From assembly GCA_000091205.1 (NCBI GenBank), contig AP006496.2: a stretch of 64,000 nucleotides of DNA. The stretch is one strand, 5' to 3'. The translations under genes and the position numbers were made by a program. The DNA is from Cyanidioschyzon merolae (lineage: Eukaryota). The notes under the pieces are model-generated. The model was not told the DNA's origin and searched no databases. It saw only the letters and a program-made list of their open reading frames with translations. This document shows, piece by piece, positions 62,702 through 64,000 of this stretch (its first letter is position 1; every line of letters starts with the position of its first letter).

Positions 62702-64000
62702 GCGTTGCGGGCTCGTGCCAGCACACGCCACCTACTCGATAGCGCAGTGAGATGCGCACTTTATCCGGGGTCGCAGTCCTGGAGGCGTCATGCGCGCACA
62801 CACACAACCACACAACACCGGGATACTGTGTGTAGCAGCTACAACCCGTGATCAAAGTCTAGAATACCTGGCATACGGTCATGCCAGAGTATCCATGCGC
62901 TCCAAGTCGGGTTCGTATGGAGCCAGACGCGGCGTCGCTCGCCCTGCAGACAGTGAACGACCAGTATACTGGCTGGAAACGCTGCAAGTCCACGTCGACG
63001 CCGCCGGTGTTCGCCGCACTCGGCACATCGCTGCAGCACCAGAAGGGATTCGCTTTGGTGCGTCCGACGGGGATAGCGCACACGGCGCTCTGGTCTCGAT
63101 CCTGTATCCCTTGGATCAAGGGCAAAAAACGCGGTATGACGTTATCGAGCAGCGCTAGGAGAGCAGCCATGGCGAGTGCGAGCCCCCAGCCGCCCGCAGC
63201 CCGTGAACCTGCCCTGTTGGATCGGGTACGCAAGCACCGCGAGGAGACGGCTTGCCGAGAGCCCCCGCTGCAACATGCTCGATGATCGCGCTACAGAGAG
63301 TGAGCACACACACCTCGTCGATGTGGATGTGCATCGAGCGACGCTCGTACTGTCGTCCGCGCTTCCACGTACATGCGGCTGCCTCGTATCCGGACGATGA
63401 ACGGCGAGCGGTAGGCTTCCCGATCCCCTATCAACCTAAACTGCATCGCTTGGCATTTGTTCTAGGGCGAGTCGCGCACACTCTGGTCGACAGTGCGTGG
63501 TTACAAACTTGACGGTATCGATAGATGATCCGCAGTGCTGGTGCAGGCTTCGGAACGCCAAGCGCAGGGGATGCGTAACCTCCGGACACGGATCCAGAGG
63601 CGGAATCTGGGCACAGCGCAGCTCGGCGTGCTCAACGGAGTAATCAAGGATGAACTGTTCCTCGACATCTGCTGCGTCGTCTGGGTGAAGATTGCGCTCT
63701 GCGTGACGCGCCTGCACCCGGCTATTCGGCGGCGCTGATGCCGGTCCAAGTTGCGCCTCCACGACGAGGCAGCAGGCCAGGATGGTGTCCAGTAACTTGA
63801 CCCAAAGCGCAGGGCGAGCGTCCGCCGTCATAATCATCGCGCAGCATATTGTCTTCCCCATGAGCGGATCACAGAGCACTGGGCTCCGCTCTGGGGCGGC
63901 GAGTTCCGGAACCCAGACCTGCTCGAGGAAATGTTCAAGCAGCGCTGGCTGCAGGGCATCTGCGGCGCGTAAAATCTTCGCAGCACCAAGCCGGACGATA

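Noticed and set aside
1-64000. CRISPR arrays, rRNA or tRNA genes.
   Set aside because: No regularly spaced direct repeats with unique spacers, no tRNA cloverleaf candidates (no GGTTCGAATCC-type T-arms in proper context) and no rDNA-like sequence were found on either strand.

Overview
This window is GC-rich eukaryotic nuclear DNA. Host genes lie on both strands, about one per 3 kb, as long uninterrupted ORFs of up to 1771 aa with no sign of introns. The 1771-aa and other long ORFs contain no in-frame TAA/TAG/TGA, so the standard genetic code applies.

Host genes I can support:
- a dolichyl-phosphate-mannose protein O-mannosyltransferase (PMT/GT39) that lacks the MIR loop
- proteasome ubiquitin receptor Rpn13/ADRM1
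- an FTR1-type iron permease with an in-frame TAA at codon 30
- an adjacent pair of UDP-rhamnose pathway genes (UDP-glucose 4,6-dehydratase and 3,5-epimerase/4-reductase), i.e. the plant RHM enzyme split into two genes
- a SAM-dependent methyltransferase
- serine palmitoyltransferase LCB1
- a secreted Thr/Val-rich protein with a trefoil-like Cys domain
- pyruvate-dehydrogenase-type E2 (lipoyl, E3-binding and catalytic domains)
- an alpha/beta hydrolase
- a PHO84-type phosphate transporter
- a nucleotide-sugar transporter
- a truncated photolyase-like protein
- Fe/Mn superoxide dismutase
- a 1771-aa SF1 helicase with an N-terminal PD-(D/E)xK-like nuclease motif

The main feature is a family of about six copies of a roughly 3.2-kb transposon. 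Each copy encodes a Fanzor/TnpB-like RuvC nuclease and appears to carry three things:
- an NLS-rich N-terminus
- an internal array of acidic 25-aa tandem repeats whose count differs between copies
- a conserved non-coding tail of about 200 nt, a candidate guide-RNA (omegaRNA) scaffold

The copies range from nearly intact (two nonsense codons) to fragments, and the 3' halves of two copies are almost identical. A conserved 5' module of these elements occurs in both orientations relative to the element body.

I also report an AT-rich island with a strongly palindromic GC-rich hairpin cluster, several microsatellites, and a perfect 2 x 114-bp tandem duplication. I found no rRNA, tRNA or CRISPR array.
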